Shown here: positions 34,230-47,471 of the stretch, in pieces | Layout of the letters: each line of letters opens with the position of its first letter | How positions within the stretch are numbered: position 1 is the stretch's first letter | Assembly: GCA_951406725.2 (NCBI GenBank) | Contig: OX597817.1 | Location: 145,514,001 to 145,578,000, forward strand | Reading direction: 5' to 3' | DNA from: Octopus vulgaris | Taxonomy: Eukaryota | DNA: 64,000 nt | Translations under genes and position numbers: made by a program | Notes under the pieces: generated by a model | The model's database searches: none | Seen by the model: only the letters and a program-made list of their open reading frames with translations | Told to the model about the DNA's origin: nothing

Positions 34230-34623
34230 TCTCTCTATATATATAAAGCTGAAGTTGTCTGTGTATGGCAGGTTTGGTAGCCTTCAACTAACACTATCTC
34301 CTCCGAGACCCTGTGGCACAAGTTGACCAAAATTGAGAGTATGATAGAAGAAGACTTGCTCTTCCTTCCGTAGAAGAAAAAATTCATTTCGGACCATGTT
34401 AACACAAAAAATTATTTACATCAAAAAGGTGCTTTTTTTCTATGAAAATCCCTATTTTTTACGATTTTTTGACTGCTGTGTCGCCATTATTCGGTGTATT
34501 TCAACCAGAAAAATGTTCGCTTAAAGAGAATAACAAGCTACATAATGCAAAATTTTTGCTTTTCAAAAATTCCAATTCTAAAGGGTCGAAACAAACCCGA
34601 GCAGCGCCGGGCGATACTGCTAG
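34230..34623 (+). mobile_element. Non-autonomous Helitron
   Basis: A|TC start; cccgagcagcgccgggcgatactgCTAG|T end. Confidence 0.75.
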
Positions 34624-34741
34624 TTTTATTATAAATGCAAAACAACACCATGGAGGAATCGACGTAAACAAATTAAGTCTCAGAGAAACACTGTTTTGGA
34701 TTTTACAAAATTAGTTTGGCGAAGTTTCGCATGTCGTAGAT

Positions 34742-35430
34742 CAGATTTCCGTCGATTTCCGTAAAAAACTTTTATTTTTTTACATAAGTAATGAGAGCGA
34801 AAGAGACTAAGAGGAAGCGATTTTACGACGAGAAGGTTTCACTTTGAAGTCGGCCTGTGTGTGTTTGATGGGGTGTGGGAGACAGACAGTATGTTGTGTA
34901 AGTGAAGTGCTTCTGTTAGTGTGTGTGAAGAGACAGAGAGAGTAATGTGTGAAAGAGAGAGATAACTGATTTTTTACTCGGTGTATGTGTATAAGTATGT
35001 ATGCATGTATGTGTGTGTGTGTATGTATCTATGTGTGTGTGTGTGTAAGTATGTGTGTGTGTATGTATGTATGTGTGTGTGTGTATGTATCTATGTGTGT
35101 GTGTGTGTGTAAGTATGTGTGTGTGTATGTATGTATGTGTGTGTGTGTATGTATCTATGTATGTGTGTATGTGTATGTATGTATGTATGGCCGATTCATA
35201 GTAATTTTTTACTCGGTGTATGTGTATATGTATGTCTGTCTCTTCACACACACTAACAGAAGCACTTCACTTACACAACATACTGTCTGTCTCCCACACC
35301 CCATCAAACACACACAGGCCGATTTCAAAGTGAAACCTTCTCGTCGTAAAATCGCTTCCTCTTAGTCTCTTTCGCTCTCATTACTTATGTAAAAAAATAA
35401 AAGTTTTTTACGGAAATCGACGGAAATCTG
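34742..35430. mobile_element. Young foldback element with 196-bp near-perfect inverted arms around a (TG/TATG)n spacer
   Basis: 34742-34937 is the reverse complement of 35235-35430 with about one mismatch by eye. Confidence 0.85.
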
Positions 35431-38124
35431 TGCTACTACAACCGAAACTATGCCATTAGTTTTTGTTGTCTCGCCAAAGAAAAAAAAATTGACATATATC
35501 ACAACTTGTATAATGTATGTGTTCTTAACAAAGTTCGACTTCCTACTTGCAATTTCGTTTTAGGTACAGAGTTTTTCTTTTAATTAACTATTGCCCTCTG
35601 AAAATTTCAAATATTGCAATTATAAAACCAAGAGGAAACCTCTATTTTCACTATATTGCAGAAAAGATAGCTGCTTGTTTAGTGTTTTGAATGATAAATT
35701 CAAATAAATCTTATCCACACTTTATTTATTTATTAAAGAAATATCTTCTATATCTAAAACGAAAGCTCACTTTACGCCTTACCACTCGTAACAATGTTTA
35801 CAAAGACAAAACTACTTAAGCACACACGAGTAGTGTTTATGTGTTTGTATGCGTGTGTGTACTGCTATGTAAACAAGGTACATTGACATGCCAACGAGAG
35901 AGCCTCAACGTGGTCGCTCGACCCGCTAGAATTAACCGTCGAATTTCTCACACATCCTAAATTAAAAAGATTTTTTTTTTTAAATTAATGATCACTACTA
36001 AAAATTCCTTCATTGTAAGTTTACTCATTCTCTAGACCTGGGGCTAATCAACAAGCTACTTTGCTTAAGAACTAATTTCATCTGCTTTTTTAATTTAAAT
36101 GTTATATTAGCAATAATTATATTGGCCCTCGAGTAATTTATTTAACCGAATGAATTGAGGACATAATGGAGAAAACAGAGTAGGTAACCCAATATCAAAT
36201 AAGTTCAGATCTTCAGACGTCTAGGTTAACTGTGTATTGTTGTTCACCAACATTATCCAAGCGACACCCTAAACGGCAGGCACGTCTTACGTCTTATTTA
36301 CACTTATTTTTTTACTGTGCCATATGCATATAGTGTTTCTAACAAAACTTGTAATTTTGAGGAGAAGGGCGCGTGTTGATAATATCGCCGTGAGCACTTG
36401 TCTGGTACTTTATTTCATCGACCCCGGAGAAATGAAAGGTACAGTTGACCTCGGTGAGATTTAAACTCAGAATGTGAAGTGTTCGAACAAATACAACGCG
36501 GTATTTTTAACAGAGAATGAAACATGCAATTATAACATTATTCCAACCATGAATATGAGAAAATAACCAACCAAGTTCCATTAGTGCAACCTAAACATAC
36601 TCTTTCACGACTGTAAATAATTTCAGTCATTTTATAGAAACCTTAAATTGATATATAGATTCAGATTGTTTAGTAGGAATCCAACCCCATGGTTCCAGGT
36701 TCAGTCCCATTGCATCCCACCTTGGACAAGTGCCTTCTACTATAGCCTTGGGCTGACCAAAGCCTTGTAAGTGGATTCTGCTGATGGAAACTGAAAGAAG
36801 CCCATCATATGTATATAGATATGTGTGTCTGTGTTTGTCCCCCACCACTGCTTGGCAGTTAGTGTTGGTGTATTTACATCCCCATAAACTTACAGTTCAG
36901 CAAAAGACTGATAGAATAAGTACCAGGCTTACAAACTTTGACTAAAAATTCTTGAAGGCAGTGCCCCAGCATGACCACAGAAACAAGTGAAAGATATAAG
37001 ATCTTGATCATCTTTATTTCAAACATTTTCCTTTCAAAAATGCAGAGTTTAATCCTAAATTCCAGTACTATAGCAGGATTAGATATATTTCTATGTTCCA
37101 GCATGGCCATATCCAGTGGCTGAGATTGCTAAAACATTAAAAGAATATCTTAAATATATTTGAAATATACAGCTAAATGCACAAGCATGCTTTGTAGCAT
37201 GGTACTTTGAGCAAGTGTCTACTCCCTTAGCCCCAGGCCAACCAAAGCTTTGTGAGTGGATTTGGTAGATGGAACGAAAAGATGCCCATTGTGTCTATCC
37301 ATACTCACACTGAGTATTCTGACCATGACCATCATGTTTTTTCCTATATGCACCAGGGAATTCAGAACATGTCCTTTTCAAGACAGTTGGATAGGATCTG
37401 AGGAATATTCTAGCTGCTATTTCTAGCAAGTCAAGTGTTCATATAGATATTCACACATAAAGTAATAACAATTTCTAAGACAGATGTAGTCTCAAACTTC
37501 TGGCAGGGGATACGGTAAGTTTGAGTCAGTATTTGGTTCTGGTATTTATTTTATCCATACTGGAAGGACAAAAAGCAAGGATTTGAACTCAGATTATGAA
37601 GAAATGTAGCTAAATATCACAAGGTGCTATTCAGCACTTTGCCATTTCTGCTAATCCAGCATCCATGTCATAAGCAGCACTGTCATCTTCATTTTACATC
37701 TGTTTTCACTGCTGACATGGGTTGGAAGATACTTTGCTTAAATGTTTCAGTTTGGGAATGATTTCGGCAGGTGGATGACCTTCCTTAATACTAACCATTT
37801 TACAGAGTATAGTGGTACATCTTTTTATGGCACTAGAACTCAAGAGGTTGTCATGTCCCTTGGCAGCATTAAATAATCTTTTTAACCCTACATTGTCTCT
37901 ATTCCATCACCAACCACTTTACAAAATATATGGGTTGCTTTTTTAATGCCAGCAATTCTAGTGGGGCCACTTTGTAACTTGTAAGACTAAAGAACTTTCT
38001 CATCCCTGAAAAGGAGAATATGAGAGAGAGTGATGACTTTTGATGAAGTGTTGAGAGAAGTTCTTACTGGGACTTCATCGGTTATGATGACAAAAGTTCC
38101 AGTTGTCCTAATCCAAAATTTATA

Positions 38125-38712
38125 TGCAAGTGGCTGAGCACTCCACAGATAAGGAGCACTCTGTCGGTTACGATGACGAGGGTCCCAGCTGATATGATCA
38201 ATGGAACAGCTGCTCGTGAAATTAACGTGCAAGTGACTGAGCAATTCACAGACACGTGTACCCCTAATGTAGTTCTCAGGGAGATTCAGTGTGACACAGA
38301 GTGTGACAAGGCCGGCCGTTTGAAATACAGGTACAACTCATTTTTGCCAGCTGAGTGAACTGGAGCAACGTGAAATAAAGTGTCTTGCTCAAAGACACAA
38401 CACGTCGCCAGGAATTGAACTCACAACCTTACAATTGTGAGCTGAATGCCCTAACCACTAAGCCATGTGCCTTCACACTCCACAGATACATGTAACCTTA
38501 ACAGAGTTCTCGGGAGATTCAGAATGACACAGAATGTGACAAGACTGGCCCCTTTGAATTACAGGTCCTACTCAGTTTTGCCAGCTGAGTGAACTGGAGC
38601 AACTTTAAATCAAGTGTCTTGCTCAAGGACACAACACACCATTGGGTTTTGAATTCATAACCTTACTACAATCGTGAGCCAAGCACCCTAACCACTTAGC
38701 CATGTACCTTTA
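38125..38712 (-). mobile_element. Nested pair of tRNA-derived SINEs (family E inserted into itself)
   Basis: Two copies of gtgtcttgctcaa.gacacaac...ccctaaccact; cactccacagata is duplicated at about 38139 and 38474 (TSD). Confidence 0.7.
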
Positions 38713-38832
38713 CATTGAGAGAAGTATTTGTGGGAGGAATAGATTTATTGTTGTGAGGTGGGGAGGGAAAGAGTATGTTAGTGGAGTGGGAGGAGAATAA
38801 TGAAGGAGGAGAAGAAAGGGCAAGAATAGTGT

Positions 38833-39050
38833 AAGGCGGTGAGCTGGCAGAAATGTTAGCACGCCGAGCGAAATGCTTAGCAGTATTTCGTCTGCCGTTA
38901 CGTTCTGAGTTCAAATTCCGCCAAGGTTGACTTTGCCTTTCATCCTTTCAGGGTCGATAAATTAAGTACCAGTTATGCACTGGGGTCGATGTAATCGACT
39001 TAACCCGTTTGTCTCCTCTGTGTTTAGCCCCTTGTGGGCAATAAAGAAAT
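38833..39050 (+). mobile_element. SINE family A, full length, TSD aagaatagtgt
   Basis: A-box-like tggcagaaatg, B-box-like gagttcaaattc, tail ggcaataaagaaat. Confidence 0.85.
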
Positions 39051-39964
39051 AAGAATAGTGTCAGGGGTTAGTGAGAATAAGAAAGACAGAGTGGTAAAGA
39101 TGAAAGGCAGGGATCTAGTGCTATTCCATATTAAAAGAATATGGACAGGTGGCATGTAAAAATACCCACCACACTCTTGGAGTGGTTGGCGTTAGGAAGG
39201 GCATACAGCTGTAGAAACTCTGCCAGATCAAGATTGGAGCCTAGTGCAGCCATCTGGTTCGCCAGCCCTCAGTCAAAATCGTCAAACCCATGCTACCATG
39301 GAAAGCGGACGTTAAACGATGATGATGATGATGACATGGTGTGGTTGAATTGCTGATTGAAAGAGAGATTGAAATGAGAATGGTGAGCTGGAAAAGCTCT
39401 GTGGAGAGGGTCAGTGATAGAAAGAGAGGTGAGCATAGAAGTGAAGAGTGGCCAAAGTGAGGGAGATGGCACGGAGAAGGGATCAATGAGGAAAAGAGAG
39501 GTAGGGGTAGGGAGCAAGAGATGAATGCAGTAAAAGTTACTCTCCTCCATCACTATCTCCTTTAGTGTTCTCTTTGCCATACTTCCAAAAAATTGTAGGT
39601 TTTTCCAGCAGAGACAGTCCTTGTCATCTCTTTTGTAGAGATTAGAGTCTGCACCACTTATCCTATGACATTTTAGATCTTCCTCTTCCATAGGCATTGT
39701 TCTCTTTGAGTGCTAATCATGTTTTTTTATGCATTTGTCATCATCAATATAGATCACATGCCAATACTAATGCAGTCTTCTCCCTTGCACACTACATCTG
39801 TTTCACTTATGCACAGCTTATTGTACATAAGTCAGATCAATGTACTCCATTGTTCACACACCCTAACATTAATCATCCAGCAAAACATGCTTGCTTCATT
39901 TCTTTGTAGTCTCATTCAAAGCCCATGTCTCACTCTCAATAATAATGATAATAACAATAATAAT

Positions 39965-40860
39965 GATGCTTTCTACTAAAGGCACAAGGCCTGAAATTTT
40001 GGAGGCAGGGACTAGTCGATTACATCAGTGCAATATAACACTGGTACTTAATTTATTGACACCCACAAGGATGAAAGGCAAAGTCAATCTCGGTAGAATT
40101 TGAACTCAGAACATGCAGACATATGAAATACAGCTAAGCATTTTGCCCAGCATGCTAACAATTCTGCTAGCTTGCCACTTTAATGATAATAATAATGGTT
40201 TCAGATTTTGCCACAAGGACAGCCATTTGTTGGGATAGGGGATAAGTCGATTACATCAACCCCAGTATTTCATTGGTACTTTATTTATCAACCTTAAAAG
40301 GATGAAAGGCAAAGTTGACCTCAGCAGAATTTGAACTCAGAATATAGCAGTAGCCAAGATACTGTTAAGCATTTCGCCTGGCCTGCTAATGATTCTGCCA
40401 GCTCGTTACCTTAATAATAAAATTGATAATAAGAATGGTTGCAAATTTTGAGGGAGAGTTTTGTTAGCCCCAATGATCAACTGGTAGTCATTTTTATTGA
40501 CCCTGGAAGAATGAAGGCAAAGTTGACCTCAGCAGAATTTTAACCCAGAACATAAATACAAATGAAATTCCAGTAAACATTTTACCCGACATGGGAACAA
40601 TTCTGTCAGTTCTCCGCCTTAATAACAACAACAATAATAATAAATTTTTCTACTGGAAACACAAGGTCGCAAAGTTGGGGGAAGAGATTAAGTTAATTAC
40701 ATTGACCCCAGTGGGTAACTGGTACTTATTTAATCAACCCTGAAAAGATGAAAGGCAAGTTCGACCTCAGCGGAATTTGAACTCAGAACGTAGCGTTAGA
40801 TGAATTACCACTAAGCATTTTACCCGGCGTGCTAATGATTTTGTCAGCTCGCCACCTTAA
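39965..40860 (-). repeat. Head-to-tail array of four SINE A-type copies separated by (AAT)n
   Basis: Repeated gatgaaaggcaaagt.gacctc.gcagaatttgaactcagaa module at roughly 220-250 bp spacing. Confidence 0.75.
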
Positions 40861-40877
40861 TAATAATGATGATGATA

Positions 40878-40914
<37 letters not shown>

Positions 40915-41330
40915 CAAGAGCACTCAGAGAGCACAAATCTCTGCCAAGGCCACACCAACATCCTCTCAATGATTACCCAGAGATGATTTTTAAAATGAGA
41001 ATATCTGAAATAAACTTGACTGCTCTCACAAACGAGAATGCTAAAATTGAACCCAACCGCTCTCAAAAATTAAGTAAAGAAAACGGAAAAATTATCCAGG
41101 ATCCTTGTCCAGTACTGGATCAATCCCAAAATATGATCAGTTCGTGCCAGGCATGAGGCCAAATATACCTGAAAGTTTCATCCAAATCCATCCAGTGATT
41201 CTTGAGATAACTTGTCCATGGACAAACAAACATAACTGAAAACAATACCACCGCCTTCGCTAAGGTGGAAGTAATAGTAATAATAATAATAATATGAAGA
41301 ATTTGACAAACATTATTTCCTCTTTTTTAG

Positions 41331-41405
41331 GCTGAAACATTTGGCAATTCATTTGTAATGGAAAACTATCTGAGTGAAGCTACTTTAAAAAATGTTACTC
41401 AAGCT
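41331..41405 (+). CDS. SUMF1: SUMF1 exon 2 (AETFGNSFVMENYLSEATLKNVTQA)
   Basis: ttttag/gtaagt; 75 nt; matches the AEKFGDSFV motif. Confidence 0.9.
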
Positions 41406-42397
41406 GTAAGTATCTTTTTTATCCCCTTCATCATTTGACAAGACACAGGTCATCTTTTGACAAGAACACAACAATATTGACCACTACAAAATATTCCATT
41501 TCCTTATCCTTGATGGACTTAACTCTCCTCCCCACTGTTCTCAATTACTATTAGTCTTATCTTTATTTTTTTCTTGATTTCATTTACTTTTTTTCCTCTT
41601 CTTCTCTTTCTGCCTTTCTCTTGTTGTTCCTCTTCTTCCTCACACATGCTTTTGTATTTTTTATATATTTTTAATATTTTCCCCATTGTTTGTGTATTCT
41701 TTTTTTGTATCTGTACTTGTAAAAAATCTTTTGATATTTAAGCAACCAGTAAAACATGCATTTTTCAGTTTGAAAACGTCTACAAGAAGCTTGAAACTCA
41801 TGTTATAGTAACACACTGTAAACATTAATATTAAGATTAAAATAAAAATTATTCCCCCAGAAAAGCCTTCTCTCTATTCCCATATATATATGTATATCAT
41901 CATCATCGTTTAACGTCCACTTTTCATACTGGCATGGGTTGGACGATTTGAATGAGGGCTGGCAAGCCAGGAGGCTGCACCGGGCTCCATTCCAATCTAG
42001 CGATGTTTGTACAGCTGAATGCCCTTCCTAACGCCAACCACTCAAAGAGTGTAGTGGGTGCTTTTTACGTGCCACCGGCATAAGGACCAGTCAGGTGGTA
42101 CTGGCATCGGCCATGCTTGAATGGTGCTTTTTACGTGCCACCGGTATGAGAGCCAGTTAGGTGGCACTGGCAATGACCACGTTCAAATGGTGCTTTTTGT
42201 GTGCCACTGGCATGGGAGCCAGTCAGGCAGTACTGCCATCGGCCACGACAATAACTTCACTTGCCTCAACAGGTCTTTGCAAGTGCAGTGTATTGCCCAA
42301 TAATTAAATGGGCTGGTTATGCTGCACTTGCATAGGCCACAGTTATGGTCTCACTTGGCTTGCCGGGTCTTCTCAAGCACAGCATATCTCCAAAGGA

Positions 42398-42428
<31 letters not shown>

Positions 42429-42453
42429 GTGTGTATATATATATATATATATA

Positions 42454-43005
42454 CAAATTGAGATAGGGGTTGTAAATGAAACCCTTTATGGGATAACATA
42501 TATCCAATATACTGCTAGTGAAGTACCCAACAAAGTTAATACATAAATGTTAATGATTGCGATGCAATCAATTCATTTACTGTATTATATGGGCAAAGGT
42601 AAAATGATTTACCACAAATTACTAATACAAGATAAGAAAATGGAGAAATACATCTAAATCAAATATCAATTACCAGATAATACTCAATCACATACTTTAT
42701 TAAATCACCACATAAGAGACTGTAGGGTTAAATATAAAAAGCAGAACAAATCAGAGTACATAAAGGAATGTACATAAAAAACTGTACATAAAAGAGTAAT
42801 GTATAATAAGTAGAATATATATAAAAGAGAATATAAATACAAGTACTTATTATACAACATTACTCTTTTATGTACACTGATTTGTTCTGCTTTTTATATT
42901 TAACCCTACAGTCTCTTATGTGGTGGTTTAATAAAGTATGTGATTGAGTATTATCTGGTAATTGATATTTGATTTAGATGTATTTCTCCATTTTCTTATC
43001 TTGTA
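42454..43005. mobile_element. (TA)n-embedded element with terminal inverted duplication (Penelope-like architecture)
   Basis: About 42626-42815 is the near-perfect reverse complement of about 42843-43005; unpaired 170-bp leader; TA repeats on both sides. Confidence 0.6.
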
Positions 43006-43030
43006 TATATATATATATATATATATATAT

Positions 43031-43434
43031 GGTGAAATAGAAAGATGAATAATCTTGTTGCAGATTAATCAAAAGTTTAACCGATACCTTGGTAGCAAAA
43101 ATCACAGCAGAAGACAGCACGGTTGGAGGTACAACCATATGGTGTTGCAACCGTGCGTTGGTGCGGATAATTGAATTTTAATATTATTATTAGTGAATTG
43201 AAGAAATGGAGTTTGGCCATGGGCTCTTAGGAGCCTTGTTCGATTTGTTTTGCTGCGCCTCTGTTCTGTTTTTGTTTTTGCCAACGGAATTCCTATTTCT
43301 TCCTGAAGAGAAAGACACAATATGGTCTCCTTATTCAATCGGAATTTGGTAAATTGTGGCTTTCGAAACACGTGTAGAATGCAATAAAACGATTTCTGTT
43401 CAATCTTCGTTCAACTGCATTTCTTCAATTCACT

Positions 43435-43440
<6 letters not shown>
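43031..43440 (+). mobile_element. (TA)n-embedded Penelope-like fragment with hammerhead and AATAAA
   Basis: tattattagtgaattgaagaaatg (about 43184) is inverted at the terminus (about 43418-43441); hammerhead at 43300-43379; AATAAA at 43383. Confidence 0.65.
43300..43379 (+). ncRNA. Type-I hammerhead ribozyme, palindromic stem III
   Basis: UUC-CUGAAGA-GAAAGACACAAU...AUUGUGGCUUUC-GAAA-CACGU-GUA-GAA; 12-bp stem II with one mismatch, palindrome ACACGUGU, GUA triplet, 3-bp stem I. Confidence 0.75.
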
Positions 43441-43478
<38 letters not shown>

Positions 43479-43564
43479 TCCTAATGCTAGTTACTTGGTG
43501 AGCTTGCTGGTGCTACTTAAAAAGCACCTAGTCCACTCTGTAAAATGGTATTACGAAAGGTATC

Positions 43565-45222
43565 TGTTGTGGCAAGAGTACGACACCCCCTGACTAGAAT
43601 AGACTGCACCAATACATATAAATAGTAGTGGTCTGACATAGATGGCAGTTTGTAATTTGATCTTCGAAGTCCAGGTACAATTCAAGTTAGTGTGTTGGAA
43701 ATATTGATTGTTGGTTCGTTATGTGTTTGTTACTGCCGCTGTTTCTATTTTATATTGTTATAACACTGTTACAGTGTATTCTTTGTTTATTGTTGACAAT
43801 ATTAACCGTACTACAATATTGGAGGCATAAGGATATAACATCTGGCGATAAGGATTTTTCAAAGCTCACATACCGTTATTTGACAATTTGTGCGTCATAC
43901 AAATTATTAAATTATGGAGAATCTATTAGTTGCAGTAATACAGCTTTAAGAGAAGCAACAGAAACAACTACAGGATTTGCAGAAGCAAATATTACAACAA
44001 CAGTTAAATGAGTTACAGTCAAGGAAGTCTGAAAATTCAGTAAGCTCGTTTACGCCAGACAGTTTGGTGAACACAATTTCTGAATTCACTTATAATCCAG
44101 AGGAAGGTGTTATATTTCGTGTATACTATAGAAAGTATGAGGAAATTTTTAAGAAAGATTGCAAGTTATGGTCAGATGAGGAGAAAGTGAGGCTATTGCT
44201 ATGCAAGGTAGCTCCAGCCAAGCATGAACACTACTGTAACTTTATATTGCCCACAAAGGTGAGTGAGATTTAGTTTCCAAGAAACTATTGAATTACTATC
44301 AAAGATCTTTTATGACAAAAGTTCATTATTTAACACTTGAATGGAGTGTTTGGAATTTTACAAAAACTGATAATGATGACTTTATTATATACACCAGAGT
44401 AGTCAACTGTATGTGTGAAAACTTTAAACTTCAGGAACTCACTCAGGATATGTTTAAATCCCTTTTCTTCATACAAGGACTTAGGGCAACCAGAGATAGA
44501 GAAATTCGGGCAAGGATTCTCTCAAAAATGGAGCAAGTCAACCAAGAATTAACCCTACAGACCATTGCAGAAGAATATCAAACAACGGTAAACCTGAAAC
44601 ATGACGTGAAGAAAATTTAAGAGAAAGATTCAGCAAAAATATAGATGTGTTGACCTGGAAAGTACAACCAAAAGAGAGTGCCAGGCCCCAATCCATGTCA
44701 CGCAGAAATACTATAGTTGTCAAAAACTTGGTCACAAGAGCTCACACTGCAGGACAAGATTATGAGGGTTGAACTCAAAAAGTTGTGTTCAAGAAAATTA
44801 AAGAGTACAGGTTCACTTTGAGTGAAGAAAAATATGAATTCTTTTTGCTTCAAATTAAGTACTTAGGGCAAATAATTGCTGAAAATGGTAGACAGCCTGA
44901 CCCATCAAGGGCAGATGCAATAAAGAATATGCCTGCTCCAACAAATATACCAACATTACAAGTGTTTCTTGGGCTGGTAAACTACTACCAAAACTACATT
45001 CCTAACATGTACAAATTAAGAGCTCCATTTAATGACTTAGAAAAAAAGGAAGTAAAGTGGAATTGGTCGGTTATAATGCCAAAATGTATTTGAAGAAATG
45101 AAAAAGTTCTAATTGCAGATTTGTCTCTAGTGCATTTCAATCCTGAAATGGACATTGTTGTAATGTCTGATGCTTCGGAGGATGGAAGTATGAAACCAGT
45201 GATTCATGTTTCATGCTCGCTG
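43565..45222 (+). mobile_element. Decayed Gypsy/Ty3 LTR retrotransposon: 5' LTR 43565-43840, PBS 43843-43855, gag and RT/RNaseH remnants
   Basis: TG...CA LTR (second copy at 59909-60593), TGGCGA PBS, gag-like EFTYNPEEG.IF..YY.KYE.IF, pol-like IKYLGQII...PDPSR..AIK.MPAPTN..LQ.FLGLVNYY; stops, frameshifts and an internal deletion; no 3' LTR seen. Confidence 0.85.
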
Positions 45223-45477
45223 ATATCATCATCATCATCAAACATCCATTTACCATGCTGGCATGGTTTGGACAGTTTGACTGAGGACTAGCAAGCCAGG
45301 AGGCCATACCAGGCTCCAATCTTATCTGACAATGTTTCTACAGTTGGACGCCCTTCATAACGCCAACCACTCTGAGTGTGCAGCGGGTACTTTTTACGTG
45401 TCACCGGCACAGGAGCCAGTCAGGCGGCACTGGCAACGACCATGCATATGCGATAACTTGTAATATATCGCTTGATG

Positions 45478-47440
45478 GTCATCATCATCATCATTTAACA
45501 GCTGCTCTCCATGCTGGCCTGGGTTTGACAGTTTGATTGGAGCTGATGAGACAGAGAGCTGCACAAGGTTCCAGTCTGATTTGGCAAGATTTCTACAGCT
45601 GGATGCCCTTCCTAATGCCAACCACTCCTGAAGTGTAATGGTGCTTTTACATGCCATCAGTATGGGTACCATTTACATGCCATCTGTATGGGTACCATTT
45701 GCATGACATTGGCAACAACCACAATCACAAGTACCATTTATATGGCACCATCAATGACCACAACGATTCACAGGTACCATTTACATGGTACCATCAACAA
45801 CCGTGACTACAATGCGCAGGTGTCATTTACATGGCACCAGCACAATTACGATTCATGGGTGCCATTTACTTGACACTGGCATCAGTCACAACTCCGATTT
45901 CACTTGGCCTGACAAGTCTTCTCATGCGCAGCATATCGCCAGAAGTCTTGGTCATTTGTCTTCACCTCCATGGGGCCCAACATTTGAAGATGATACTTCA
46001 CCACCTTGTCCTCTGTCTTCCTGGATCTACCTCTTCCACAGGTTCCCTCCTCAGTTAGAGATCAGCACTTCTTTACACAGCTGTCCTTATCCATACGCAT
46101 CACATGACCATACCAACGCAGTTGTCTCTCTTGCACACCACATATGATGCCTCTTATGTCCAACTTTTCTCTCAAGATGCTTACACTGTCATACATGCAC
46201 ACTGACATTGTACATCCAGCAAAGCATACTGGCTTCATTTCTTTCAAGCCTATGCATGTCCTCGGCAGTAACATCCAATATTTTACTGCCATGTAGCATA
46301 GCTGTTCACACACAGGCATCATACAGTCCGAGGGAGAGGCCCTTTGTTACCAACAAACGTAGGAGCTCTCTGAATGTTGCCCAGTTGTCCCATAGGAACT
46401 TCCACTTATCCTCTATGCTACAAGTTTGTAATTCCTCCTCCTTCTCATTATATACTTCATTTAGGACATCTCTAAATTTCTAACTAATCAAAGGATCTTC
46501 AAGCTTCCACACCCTTCTTTTCCAAACTGGCTTGTTTCTTGGAATCCTTCGAGTCAGTAGCTTGAAGTCCCCAATGAGTAACTTATGCTGTAGGATACAT
46601 TCTTCTCCAGGGAAGGCCTTAGCATTTATGAGCAGCCACGAATCTGGCTTTCTGGTGAAAATGTAGTCAATCTGACTAGCATGGTCACTGGATCTATAGG
46701 TTATCAAGTGATTGGCCAGCTTTCTGAAGTTAGTGTTGCAGATTATTATATCATCTGCATCACAGATCTCCAGCACCCTTGTACCTTCCTCATTTTGGGA
46801 ACCAATTCCAGCTCCTGCTTGCATCTCATGATGATACCTTGGTGCCACCCAATATATCCAGTTTCAAAGATAAGGTCACAGTCATTTATCTTTAAAATGG
46901 CCTACAGAAGTGTCATATAAACAGTCCTTCTGTTCGTTTGGCAGACCCAGTTGGTGGTGGGGGGCCCAAGATGATTGTTGTTGTGCTATTATGCAAAACT
47001 AGTCTAAGCTTAAGTACTCTATCACATATTCTGATTCTTTCAATTGCTTTATTCACCCATTTCTCTGCTAGAAGTATGTCAACACCTATCCCATCACTGT
47101 TACCTTCCCAGAATTTATACCTATGTCTTTTGCCAGTGAGGAACCTGGCCAAAGCTCCTCTCCACCATACCTTTTGGATGCAGCACACGTCAACATTTCC
47201 CCTTTCAAGTAACTCAACAATGTCACCAGACCTACCTTTCAATGTGCTTACATTGACAGTGCTGATTCTGAGTGGACATAAAGGGATGCTGGAGGTAACA
47301 TGGAGAGCGATAACTGTGGTTATCGGCATCTGAAAAGAAGGTTGTAATAAGCATTTGCCAGCAAACATGTCATTAGCAGTTGTCCTCGCATTTAATCCTC
47401 TATCATTCATGTCACACTTGCTACTGCTGCTGGACATGGG
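45478..47440 (-). mobile_element. Decayed RTE-clade LINE lacking the RT core
   Basis: APE motifs (STVNVSTL.GR, VDVCCIQ, NEEG, SQIDYI, QHKLL) joined directly to C-terminal motifs (W..FRELL..LYDACV..AML.GS, LRWYGHVMRM); (GAT)n tail. Confidence 0.8.
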
Positions 47441-47471
47441 TGTTGTGTAGGCATTAGTACAGAAGTGTTAG

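Noticed and set aside
34916-35365. His/Thr- and Cys/Val-rich ORFs
   Set aside because: Translations of the TG/TATG microsatellite.
36225-36245. CTGAAGA on the minus strand
   Set aside because: No matching stem II, GAAA or stem I.
41430-41880. Possible Penelope GIY-YIG C-terminus (...IDHYK...DGLN) and 3' region; similar doubt for 8340-8960
   Set aside because: Too decayed to support without a profile search; no intact hammerhead core.
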